Origin: an uncultured virus (IMG/VR IMGVR_UViG_3300042344_000419)
Taxonomy: Duplodnaviria > Heunggongvirae > Uroviricota > Caudoviricetes
Reading direction: 5' to 3' (one strand)
IMG/VR virus record: IMGVR_UViG_3300042344_000419
DNA: 54,506 bases
The position numbers and the translations under genes were made by a program. Position 1 is the stretch's first letter; each line of letters opens with the position of its first letter. Under the pieces are notes generated by a model. That model worked only from the letters and a program-made list of their open reading frames with translations. It was not told where the DNA came from and ran no database searches. Shown here piece after piece: positions 18,622-29,600 of this stretch.

Positions 18622-19332
18622 ATGACACTAGATCAAATTGCTAATCAGGTCTGTATTAAGACCCACGACACATCAGCTGGGGCGGTAGCTGCTGTTAAAA
18701 CATTTTGCAGGAATCGCTACCAAATGATATGGGACAGCCAGCTTTGGGCGAACAGCATGGCTGTGACCACTCAGGCCATCAGCTCTGGAAGTTCCATTGT
18801 CACAATCTCTGATACGAACATGGATCTCCCTGTCGCAGTCAAGATCGGCACAACCGCAATCGACCCAGCGAACTACGGCTCGGCATTTATGATGGCACCA
18901 AGCTCTTTCACTGAGTCTGGCAATACAACATCCTTCGTAATCCTTTCAAGGTCTGACGCTGGCAATATCAGGCTTCAGCTTTTAAGTGCCCCATCCGAAA
19001 GCGGAACCCTTTCAGTTCTTTGCAAAACCAAGATCCGTATAACAAACAACGGCGTGTCTGCCTACCGCTCGATGGAGCAGGATGACGATGTGTGCGTGAT
19101 CAATACCGCAGAGCAAGCACTGCTGACCCTTGTTGAGGCCGACATGCTGGAATACAAGCAGGCTTACGCCAAGGCTCAGGCCAAACAGTCCGAAGCTCTC
19201 ACTCTTTTGTCATTAGCTCGCAACGTCGAGCGTTCACAAGGCGCATCCCGCTTCGAGGTCTCAGCTGCGTTTAACGGCGAGTGGAGCCGTGATGACTGGG
19301 ACTACGGGGGAAGTACGATCAGCTTCCAATAA
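18622..19332 (+). CDS. Head-tail adaptor / tail tubular protein A-like
   Basis: MTLDQIANQV N-terminus; size and position before the nozzle gene. Confidence 0.6.
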   Translation: MTLDQIANQVCIKTHDTSAGAVAAVKTFCRNRYQMIWDSQLWANSMAVTTQAISSGSSIVTISDTNMDLPVAVKIGTTAIDPANYGSAFMMAPSSFTESGNTTSFVILSRSDAGNIRLQLLSAPSESGTLSVLCKTKIRITNNGVSAYRSMEQDDDVCVINTAEQALLTLVEADMLEYKQAYAKAQAKQSEALTLLSLARNVERSQGASRFEVSAAFNGEWSRDDWDYGGSTISFQ

Positions 19333-19335
19333 GCC

Positions 19336-20940
19336 ATGCCTATTATTTTTGACGAAGCCCTAGATACGCCTCTGGTCTTCGACGGGCAGAGGCAGTTTAG
19401 CGGTGGGGAAGACTCCAACACTCAGGCCAGAATCTTGGGTGAGAACCAGTGTTCTAGTTTGGTTAATGTTGAACTGGATGAGAACGGATTAGCCCATACC
19501 CGCCTCGGACTTGTTCTAGCCCCATCCACTGGTGTTAGTTCCTATATTAGCGGTCTGGCTTCCTACAGGAATACAAGCACAACACAGCTGGTTGCATTCT
19601 ACGGTGGTAATCTCAGATACCTTTCGTCTTGGAATACTGGATGGGTAAATGGCGCATCATCTGCGTATACGTCTGGTAATAGGGTTTATACGGCCACGGT
19701 AGCAGATAAGCTCTACTTTATTGATGGCTCTTCAGCTGGTCAGCTAAAGTACTGGGATGGTTCTGCTGTGACAACCGTGCCAACCAGTGGGGCAGTATCA
19801 GCCCCTGCTGGGATTAATAGGTTAATCAGTGCAAGGGGCAGGTTGTTTGCCGTAACCGAAAGCAATCCAGACACCCTTTATGTTGGTGATTTTTTAACGT
19901 CTAACTTTGACACTATATTGAATGCGATAAGGATTGGTGGAGATTCATCTCCCATAACGGCAATCGTTGAATGGACTGGTGACCGTATCGCAGTCTTCAA
20001 GGAGAACAGGGTATTTGTCGTAAGTGGTATTACCCAGACTTCTGCGGGTGGTTTCTCAGTCGAAACAGTTGAGAACGCCAACGGTGCCCTGAGCCAGTCG
20101 GCAACGCTTAGGGTTGGATCTGATGTTATGTTTATGTCCCGTGACGGAGTTCGGCTTCTGAGCCGTACACTGCAAGGACAGGAGCAAGCGGTCAGCCTTC
20201 CGATATCGCTACCAATCGAGGACAAGATCAAACAGATCGATATTACCCAGCCCAGCGAGATCTCGATGGTGTTTCACGAAAACACGGTGATCCTTTCCGC
20301 AAAGACGGTAACTGGTGGTGCTATCACGGTTGCTTTCGATACCTCCAACAAATGCTGGATTGGCGAATGGTCTGGAAGGTTCTACCCGTATACTGGACTT
20401 CAGGCGACAAACGGCATTGCGCTTCCTAATTCAGTTGCCGAAACGGCACTATTTACTGGCCTTGTTTTTGGAGACAGAAACGGGAGGGTGTATCTATGGA
20501 GAAGAGGGCATAACTTTAACTCTTCAGCAACACGAACATACTCTGACGATGCGTCAGCTACAAATGATAGCGGTGTTGGAATACCCACAAGCATCGCCAC
20601 AAGGGGCATGACATTCGGTGAGGCTGGATCTAGGAAACTTGGGAACAAAAGCGAGATCGAGTTTTATAACTCACATGCAGTTGCAACCATTGAATACTCA
20701 ATGGACAATAGTGATTGGGACACATTAAATACTGTGCCAACAGCGAGCGCACCGCTTGTGCTTCCACTTTATCTTCCTCAGTACTTAGACGGATACCCGC
20801 CAATCCAGACTCATGGTGATACCATGATCGATCAAGACTACTTCAGGGAAATCATATTCAGGGTCAGCTCGACCTCTGGGTATCTAGCAGTCCGTGGTAT
20901 GTCCATATCCGCATACCTCCAGCCCTACCTAGTCACTTGA
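19336..20940 (+). CDS. Tail nozzle / tubular protein B-like (beta-propeller)
   Basis: FSGG N-terminus, RLFA, IAVFKEN and VMFMSRDGV blade-like motifs. Confidence 0.75.
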   Translation: MPIIFDEALDTPLVFDGQRQFSGGEDSNTQARILGENQCSSLVNVELDENGLAHTRLGLVLAPSTGVSSYISGLASYRNTSTTQLVAFYGGNLRYLSSWNTGWVNGASSAYTSGNRVYTATVADKLYFIDGSSAGQLKYWDGSAVTTVPTSGAVSAPAGINRLISARGRLFAVTESNPDTLYVGDFLTSNFDTILNAIRIGGDSSPITAIVEWTGDRIAVFKENRVFVVSGITQTSAGGFSVETVENANGALSQSATLRVGSDVMFMSRDGVRLLSRTLQGQEQAVSLPISLPIEDKIKQIDITQPSEISMVFHENTVILSAKTVTGGAITVAFDTSNKCWIGEWSGRFYPYTGLQATNGIALPNSVAETALFTGLVFGDRNGRVYLWRRGHNFNSSATRTYSDDASATNDSGVGIPTSIATRGMTFGEAGSRKLGNKSEIEFYNSHAVATIEYSMDNSDWDTLNTVPTASAPLVLPLYLPQYLDGYPPIQTHGDTMIDQDYFREIIFRVSSTSGYLAVRGMSISAYLQPYLVT

Positions 20941-20975
20941 CATCTGACAACTGTTAGGCATACAGAAGCATATAT

Positions 20976-21242
20976 ATGGGAGGAGGAGGATCACAGCCAG
21001 CACCAGCACCAGACCCCTACGCTGAAGATCGTGTAGATCAAAAGAGGCGTAGAGAGGCTTACGAGAAGGAGCGTCAAGAGGTTTACATTCCCAAGTCTAA
21101 GGAGATGCTGGCATCCAGCGATGCCCAGCGCAACGAGTGGTACAAGATGGTTAATCAGTACTACCGTGATACCAACCCCCTTCGTAAAGTAGCTGTCACA
21201 GATTACTCGGTTCCAGAGGATCAGCGTGGCCTCGGCCTTTGA
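20976..21242 (+). CDS. Small virion-associated protein
   Basis: MGGGGSQPAPAP N-terminus typical of podovirus internal proteins. Confidence 0.6.
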   Translation: MGGGGSQPAPAPDPYAEDRVDQKRRREAYEKERQEVYIPKSKEMLASSDAQRNEWYKMVNQYYRDTNPLRKVAVTDYSVPEDQRGLGL

Positions 21243-21669
21243 GGAAGACCTAGACTCGATTCAGTCGTTCGTTCAGGAACACTACAGCCCCTCAATGTGT
21301 TGGGGCGACTTCAAGCCTTGGATGCGGTGGTACCGTGAAAACAAGCTGCTTGGCTATATCAAGGGTAAAGACGGGATAGAGGCTATGGCTATGGTCAGGT
21401 TTGTTGACACAGTCCAGAGGGCTATAGAAGACCCATACTACAGCGACCCATACTGTGACATATGCTGGATCGAGCTGGTTATAGCTCCGAAGGCAGAGAA
21501 CCTAGCTAGGCTCATAGACCTGCTTCTTACCGTATGGGGTGATAGGCCAAAGTTCGCTGCAAGAAGGAATCACCTTGGTGGGGTTATAAAAGAGTACCCA
21601 TTTAAAGTCCTGTCCAGACTCTCTTATAAAGGCTTGACCCGTCTGCTTTCAGCTTCTAAACAGATATAG
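21226..21669 (+). CDS. Hypothetical protein, possibly a GNAT-fold virion assembly factor
   Basis: 147 aa between nozzle and ejection genes; CWIELVIA strand. Fold call is mainly positional. Confidence 0.5.
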   Translation: MASAFEEDLDSIQSFVQEHYSPSMCWGDFKPWMRWYRENKLLGYIKGKDGIEAMAMVRFVDTVQRAIEDPYYSDPYCDICWIELVIAPKAENLARLIDLLLTVWGDRPKFAARRNHLGGVIKEYPFKVLSRLSYKGLTRLLSASKQI

Positions 21670-21682
21670 ATAACAAACTAAT

Positions 21683-22711
21683 ATGGGATCGCCTCCTTCA
21701 CCTCCTCCTGCACCGCCACCCCCTCCATCTGTATCTCCAGCTGATACTGGTGCAGCCAACAAGGAGGCGATGGAATACTACGCAACGACAGGGTATCCAT
21801 TAACATTAGAAGCATATCGTCAGGGGAAGGAAGCAAGCGTACCGACTGATATCGATATCATGCGTAAGACCTCGGATGCACAGGTCGAAAACGCAATCAC
21901 ACTTTCAAAGAAATACGGTACCGATGCCGTAGCAGAACAACGCAGAATCTTGGAGATGGCAGACCCCGAGCGGTTTAAGGCCAACCAACAGCTCGGTGAA
22001 AAGATCTCCAGCGAACTTGCTTTGGGATCTAGCCTATCAGCCGATCAGGCTCGGGTTGCAGAGCAGGACATCCGTTCTTCTCAGGCAGCTCGTGGAAACA
22101 TGTATGGTAACGCAGCCAGTGCTGCCGAAGTTCTCGCTAAGTTTAACGTGGGTCAGCAACTCCAACAGCAACGCATCGCAAATACGCAGAGCTATCTTGG
22201 ACTCTCCCCGATTGCCAACGGACAGATTGGTAGCCCTTCGACTGGTGCCTCTGGCTTCTCGCCTAACACAATGCAACCCATGCAGAACGCAGCTTTCTTG
22301 GGGGGTCAGCAATACATTCAGGGTCAGGGTATCAACGCACAGAACTATTCGACAGCGATGTCTGGCTATAACGCACAGCTTGCCTATCAGGCTTCCACCT
22401 ACCAGCCGATGGGCGCACAGATCATTGGCGCAGCTCAGGGTATTGCTGGATTGGGAATGGGTATCGGTGGTCTTGTGTGCTGGGTGGCTCGTGAGGTGTA
22501 CGGTGAAGATAATCCTGAGTGGATGGTCTTTAGGGAATGGATGTTGAGCATGGCACCGAAGTGGATGCTGAACGGATATATCAAGCACGGGGAACGGATC
22601 GCTAATTTCATCAGTGGTAAAGCAACCCTCAAGGGATGGATCAAACGCTGGATGGATACAAAGGTAAAACAAGTTCGCAGGGCTAAGGCCATCTGCGGAT
22701 ACGGAGCTTAA
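21683..22711 (+). CDS. Internal virion (ejection) protein with a C-terminal CWVAREVYG domain
   Basis: MGSPPSPP start, Q/G/A-rich body, then GLGMGIGGLV-CWVAREVYG...WMD. Confidence 0.7.
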   Translation: MGSPPSPPPAPPPPPSVSPADTGAANKEAMEYYATTGYPLTLEAYRQGKEASVPTDIDIMRKTSDAQVENAITLSKKYGTDAVAEQRRILEMADPERFKANQQLGEKISSELALGSSLSADQARVAEQDIRSSQAARGNMYGNAASAAEVLAKFNVGQQLQQQRIANTQSYLGLSPIANGQIGSPSTGASGFSPNTMQPMQNAAFLGGQQYIQGQGINAQNYSTAMSGYNAQLAYQASTYQPMGAQIIGAAQGIAGLGMGIGGLVCWVAREVYGEDNPEWMVFREWMLSMAPKWMLNGYIKHGERIANFISGKATLKGWIKRWMDTKVKQVRRAKAICGYGA

Positions 22712-22712
22712 T

Positions 22713-23636
22713 ATGCCAGATTATTACGGAGGAGTAGCACAGGCTGGAGCGTACATGATGAACTCTGGTCTGGATGCAATTACATCGCAGAGGAAGCTGG
22801 ACGCAGAGAAAGAGATGCAGGCTCAAAGAATTGCAGCTCAAGAAAGAATGCAGTCAGCTAGGTCTGGTGGGGGTTCTTTTGGTGGTAACGATCCAGTCTC
22901 AAAGGGCGCACGGTCTTTTAGTGCAATCACATCAGCACTGAATGCCCACTCAGACGAGCAGATCAATTTGATGGGCGAATTGTCGAAACTAGACAAGACA
23001 ATGCAGGATCGTGGCTACGGAACAGATGAAGATAACACTGCGAAGCAAAGACTACAGGCACGACTGCAGAACAGTGACTATGCCATGAAGATGATGACCA
23101 AGTCTCTTGGTGGTGGGAAGTTCGAGTACAATACGACAGACGCAGACGGATCAACTGTTAAGGCAGTATTTGATTCGGCTGCAGACCTTGAGGCTTACAA
23201 GTCCATGTTTAAGGGCAACGCACCAGAGATCGCAGCTGAGAAGAACTCAAGCATTCTTGGTGGCATCTTTGGAAGTAAGGCAACTGCACCAAGACAAGCA
23301 GCCCCAACTGGCGCAGATATGAGTCCAGTACCAGTGGAGAGAAGCAAGCCTTCGTCAACCAGCGATCAGGTTGAATCTATGATGCAGGAAAGTGGAGTTG
23401 CTGAACCAGCGGAAAACCCAGCAGCAAGAGGTGGCACTGGTCGCCGAGTTCGCAGCAAAGAAGATATTGCGTCTGAAAGTGCGAACGACAGCAGGATGAA
23501 AATCGAAGCACTCAAAAAAGAATTTGAATCAGTTAAAGGGCAAAAGAACGCAAAAGGAAATGTGAACACTGCAGCCATGCGTAGAATTGCAGCAGACATT
23601 ATCGAGGAAGAAAAGAAGCTGAAGTCTGGTAACTGA
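22713..23636 (+). CDS. Internal virion (ejection) protein
   Basis: Low-complexity helical protein between two other ejection-type genes. Confidence 0.6.
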   Translation: MPDYYGGVAQAGAYMMNSGLDAITSQRKLDAEKEMQAQRIAAQERMQSARSGGGSFGGNDPVSKGARSFSAITSALNAHSDEQINLMGELSKLDKTMQDRGYGTDEDNTAKQRLQARLQNSDYAMKMMTKSLGGGKFEYNTTDADGSTVKAVFDSAADLEAYKSMFKGNAPEIAAEKNSSILGGIFGSKATAPRQAAPTGADMSPVPVERSKPSSTSDQVESMMQESGVAEPAENPAARGGTGRRVRSKEDIASESANDSRMKIEALKKEFESVKGQKNAKGNVNTAAMRRIAADIIEEEKKLKSGN

Positions 23637-23638
23637 TC

Positions 23639-26600
23639 ATGGCGATCACACCTTGGGACGACATTAAAGCCCAAGTAGGGTACGACGAATTACCCACCGA
23701 GGGTAAAGTAGATACGATCAACAAGTACTCCCAGTACGTTCAGGAGTATTACACGCAGGTTGAGCCTAGAGATGAAAAGGAAGTTGGTCAGGCTTCCGAC
23801 GAGTTTGTAAAGATTGCATCGCAGGATGCGCTGGGTGACCTCGGTGCGGTTGAGCGTGGATCTGCATTCCTCGGGAATATCTACAAGGGCGCATCTGGAA
23901 CTTTCACATCAGCCTTTAAGGCAGCTGCCCTAGCCCAGCAAGCCATTGGCGAGTCTCTTGGAAACTACGATGACAACACTCCAGTCACTGAGCGTGATAT
24001 CTATAAGATCGCACAGAATATCGACGAGAGTGTTAAGCAGACAACTGGCATCGAAGATCCCCGTCTACGCAATGATTTTATTAATACCTTACTGCCCCAA
24101 GGTCTTGGCAGTGCGCTTGGGTTCTTTGGTGTAGCTGCAGCAGCAGCAGCAGCTGCGCCTGAAGCAGCCGTTGGTGCTGTCGGACTTGGTACAGCAGCTG
24201 TGCTTGGAGCTGCAACAAACGCTGGGTCTACCTACGAGGAGGCAAGGCAGGCTGGGGCAAACGAGTTTACTTCGAGGGCATCAGCCCTAGCTGGCGGTGC
24301 TATCGGACTTACGGAGGCAATACCCCTTGGTGGTCTTGCTGGAAGATTAACGGCTGGAATTGCCAAGAGATCCATCCTTCGTGGTGTGGTCGAGGGAGCT
24401 ACCGAAGAGTTCTTGCAGGAGACTGGTTCTCAGATGGCCAACAACTTCGTTGCCTCTAAGTTTGCTGGGTACGATCCGAACAGGGGAATCATGGATGGGG
24501 CACTGCAGTCTGGTGCGGTAGGACTCGTAACTGGAGGACTGATCGGTGGCGGTGTGAATGCAATCACCCGTGATAACGAGGCTTTCTATGCTGAGAAACT
24601 ATCTGACGAGCTTAAGAGTAAAGCAGACCTAGCTGCATCACTAACTCCAGAACGACTGACACAGATTACTGAGGCAGCAAGAAACGCTAACACAACCACA
24701 CAGCAGAGGATTGATATTGAGACTGGGGAAACAGAGACAACCTCAACCCCCAAGACTGTGTTCGGGGATCGGCTTGCTGGAGAAGTCCCAGACATTGGCC
24801 AGAACCCTGCGATCAATAGCGTACCCCTTGGTCGTAGCGTTAGTCAGGATGGGGATGGCAACAATACAGAGACATTTACTTTCCATACCCCTCAAGGTCT
24901 TTTGTGGGAGGCAGAGTTCAGGACGGGTCAGCCAGTCAGGGTTCGTGACGTAACAGATGACAGTCCACTTCTAAACCCAATCACTAGCCCAGCAGATCCG
25001 AGGACTGCGACACGATCCCAGTTCACGGGTCGCATCATCTCTCCAACCAGCAGTATTGCAAAAGAGTTTGGCTTGGAGACAGAGCAAGAGATGGATCGCA
25101 GGCTGATCGCAGAAGCCCAGCGTGAGATGCAGCTTGGCAGGGTTACAGACCAAACACTTCTCCCAGACAACCAGATCATCCCAGAATCCGTGTCACGAGA
25201 TGATCGTGGCGTGGCTCGTCAGGTTGTCCTGAGCAATGAGATCGAACGGCTTTACAAGATCCGTGAGGGTGTACTCGCAAGGCAGATCCTTGTCGGCGAA
25301 AACCCTAACGCTGGCACAACCGAGTACGATCCTAACACGGCTAGAGAAGTTATCAGGTACGACTCAGAGGGTAACAAGATCGAGAATAAGCAGGAGACCT
25401 CGCAGAGGGTAGCCCGACTTAATCGCATGATCGGGATGCGGGAGACTGAGCTTCGTGGGCTAACGGCAAGACCAGAGGGATACATCCTAGCTTCCGAGCG
25501 TAACACACCGCCAAGCGCATCTCAGAAGCTCTCGCTTGTCCAAGGCTTCCAGAACCTGTGGAACAGCATCTCATCTCCAGCCCTACGCAATGCCATCACT
25601 TTTGAGGTGGGTGACATCACTCCTTTAATTGAATCGGGTCAGGTTCCAAAGGGTGCTGTTGCCTACTACAAGCGGGCTTCGGACGGCAGGAAGGCCATGA
25701 TCTTCTTGTCGGACAAGCTGGCCACGATGCCTATGGCTCGCAGGGAAATGATCCACGAGCTTGGCCATGCCTTCTGGGACACACTCCCAGCTGGTGTGCA
25801 GGCTGAGATCAGGGGTCTATGGAGGGCAGAGACAGAGTCTAGGACAGGTGCTTTGTTCGATGAGTTTGGTGGACTGAAGGCCGAGGTGAGTCCTCGTGTT
25901 ATGGAGTCAGTGCAGGAGTTCTTCTCTGAGCGTTTGGCTTGGACGAACGACCAGTGGGCTAAGGGACTCAGCGAGCAGAACAGTGTCATGGACAAAGCTG
26001 GTCGTGCTTTCAGAAACCTGCTCGACAGGTTCCTCCGATACACGGGTCACGGGGAAAGGCTGAACCTAGAGTTCAGATCATTCTTAGACCAAGGTGACAG
26101 GTTTAAGGGATTACGGACAAGGGTAGAGCAGGCTGTTCGTGCTGGCCGTGCTGGCATTAACGAGGAGCCACAGACTTCGATCCGTGGGCTTACTGGCAAT
26201 GAAAACATTCAGCCGAAGAAGGAGCGTGTAGGAACCACTGGCCAATACGTTGGAATGCCAGAGGGTATTAATAGCCCAGAGAAACTTCAGGAGCTACAGG
26301 ACAAGCTGCAGTCGCTTACATTCGAGGGCGAGGCTGGTAGATTCTGGTACGAGAGAAGCTCCGAAGAGATTCTTAAGATGGTGGGTGGTAATGTCAAAGA
26401 CGCAGAAACTCTTGTTGCATTCATTGCTGCATACTCACCACAAAACAGGGTCTATCCCAACTGGGGTCAGGCAGTCCGTGCTTACGCAGAATACAAGCGT
26501 GGCCAAAAGATTACCCAAGGAAAGACAGGAAGAGATATTGAGCGTGGTCAGAGAATAGCCGATGGGGAGCGTTGGAGTGGAATCAAGACGAACAACTTCT

Positions 26601-29600
26601 ACCACAACCTAATGATTCGGATTGACCCATCTCAGACAGTTAAAGGCGCAACCGTGGATATGTGGATCATGCGTGTGTTTGGTTATAAGTCAGACGCACC
26701 ATCTGCCACACAGTACGCAGCTGCAGAAAACACGATTAAGGAGATAGCTAGAAGGATTGGTTGGGAGCCACAGCAGGTTCAGGCAGCTATGTGGGTTGCT
26801 GGCAAGGCAAAGTGGGAGGACATCATCTGGCCAGAGATTAAGGCCGAGGCAAAGCGAAAGGGTGATTTAATTCAGGTTGAGAATGAGGCTGGGAAGAAGA
26901 AGTGGGAGTTCAGGTCTAAAGAGATTGCTGAAGAGTATAGAAACAAGGCAATGAGCCGTGTGTTCGACAGTCTTAATGTAGACATCAAAGAAGCTGCAAT
27001 GGACTTCAGTGATATGGCAAAGAGGAATCTCGCCACAGTCTCAATGGAGACAAGGTTTGGCACTACGACAAATGAACGCTGGCAGGATAATCTCAGCTTT
27101 GAGCAGCTACTCCAATATCATCAGCAGAAAGAACAAATCCTAACAGACACATCTGGCATCAACATCGTACTCCGTGAGTTCGGTGTACCGATGGATAACA
27201 TGTATAGTGCTGTCGGGCTTTGGAAGTCGCAGACAAACCCACTCACCCAGATCGAGGTTCCAAGCTATCGAGATACTGGATCAAAGAGGTTTGCAGCTGA
27301 TAAGAATATCAAGGCGAATCTGGATGACGCTATATCTGCACTTGGTTTGCTGCTTAAGCAGGATGGCATGGCATACCATCAGCCGTATTTTGACGCACAG
27401 GTAAAGGACTCAAATGGAGTTGAATTTAGGCTTGGAAGAAAGACTACTGCCGAAGAAACAGCCAAACTTAACGATGCCTTTAATAGTGGATATGCGATTG
27501 TAAATGTGAGGGATGGCTTCCGTGTCTTAAAGTTTGACGATTCGATGGATAATGTTGCATTCCATAAGGATGCAAAAGCAAGGGTTGAGTCAATCTTTGA
27601 CGATAGTCAATCGATTCAAATGGACAGATTTGCGTTTGATGGCAACCTAATAGAGAACGATTGGAGCAAGAATACTAATGGCGAAAATTATAGATCTAGG
27701 ATTAAAGAAAGCGGACGATCCGATATTCTCGGAAGGCTTGAGGATAACCTCCGTCCGCAGATCGAAAGGCTCGATGCCTATTGGAGAGGGATTGCAGAAT
27801 CTGGTGGGAGAACAGAAACCGAGTCCGCTGGAAGGCAGGGAGCAGGAACTAAACAAAGCCCTCAAGTCGGAGGCATTCAAGAAGCAGGGTCGCCAGAAGT
27901 AAGAGCATCGACTAGGGGCGCACAGCCTCGCAACGAGGTAATCCAGCAGGCAGCTAACGACTTCTTTGAAGGCAGGATATCCAGAGAAGAACTAAACAGA
28001 ATCTCCGAAGAACAGAAGCCAGCCCGTCCAGTAACATCCATCCCAATCCTCACGGATGATGAGGCAAGGTCATCTCTCGACGCTGGCAAGCAGGGGATGT
28101 ACGGAGCTGCGAGAACTCTTGAGGAGGGAACTCCTGTCGGACTTCGGATTGATATCCCGTCTTATAACAGGACAGGCAACTATGTAGTTACCGTTCACAA
28201 CCAAGCAGAAGGCAAGAGCAGGGTTGGTAAGGTTATTGGATACGACAGGATCGCTGCAGTAAAAGATGCGAGATTCTTTAATGCGTCAGAGAAGGTAACT
28301 CTTTCAATAGCCCAAGGATACTCGAAGACCCCACTTGCAACCGTCGAGGGTAAGTACATTCCAATGGCAAATGCGCCAGCTGGGCTACTTGAAAACTATC
28401 AGCAGGTTGGATTTGACCCACAACGTCACAGCTATTTCTACAGCAAGCAGAACGGCAACCCCGTCATCTCTGCTGATGAGGCTATCCTTATTGGGAATAC
28501 TGTATTCGTTAAGGGTGCGGTTGAGGGCAACAGGGGTGACTTCTTGTTCTCTACACGGGGTGAGCAAGCCCCAGCCCTGATAAACGATATATCTCAAAGA
28601 TTTAACCTCAGCCAAGAGCTACAGAAAGAGGTAGTTGAGAGAATAAGGCTACAAGGAATAACCCGTCAGGTTATCGAGGATGATAACGACTGGCAAAGAA
28701 CAGCGATATACGAAGCCGTTAGAGATATTAGCGAAGATGGAATCCTGATATCTCAACTCCCTGAAAATAAGAAAGCATTGTTCTTAAGTGAAAAACAAAA
28801 AAACATTGATAACATAGTAAATATAGAACAGGGGTATGGTGAAGATGCTCAGGGGGATTTGCTGGACAATGAAGCCATAAGGTATGAGGGAGTATTAAAT
28901 AGGCTCGGTATTGGCGAGGAAAGGCAGGCGCAGATAGGTGAGGCAGGCAAGCTGCTGAATAAAATAGAAAAGTACTTTGATAAAAGAGAAGCTATTCAAC
29001 AAAATGCTGGAGACTATCTTGCATCAACTCGTGGTGAACAGGCAAAGAAGTTACTAGAACCCGTCATCTCCTTTGGCCGTCAACAGCTCCGCACTGGTGG
29101 TGCTTTACCATACGACATCTTCCGCATGACCGAGCAACGTGGATTCAACGTCAACGAGAAGATGCTTCGGGCGCAGAACGCAGTGTCAGATATCGAGGCA
29201 GCGGTGAAGCGTTCCTACGGCAAGTCACTCGACCAGCTCCCCGAGGTAGAGATCGCTAGAATTAACGAGGGTCTACAGAATCCTATGGCTAGGGCTAAAC
29301 TTCCAACCGATGTTGCCTCTGCCGTCGGTAACGCCCGCAACCTGATCGACAGCCTGACCCAAGACCTGCTCCGATCTGGTGCAATCTCCGAAGATCTCAA
29401 GCCCGTCCTCGAGGCTAACAAAGGTGTCTACCTAAACCGCAGCTACGAGAAGTGGGAGAACCCCAACTACAAGAACCCCTTCAACACCCTGCCGAAACAG
29501 GTGCAGAACAAGCTCGTTACCACTGTCACATCCTACCTCCACAACAAGTACGCAAATGCGTACGCCAAGGAACAAAGCCTTGCCCGTGGTGAGGTGGCAA

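Noticed and set aside
23063..23077. CTGCAGAACAG match to the phage B operator core
   Set aside because: Mid-gene, atypical centre and no promoter nearby; consistent with a chance match.
24134..24157. (GCA)n run, and (CCTGTT)3 at 48743-48760, as phase-variable repeats
   Set aside because: Short in-frame repeats encoding poly-Ala and PVPVPV; slippage would not shift the frame.
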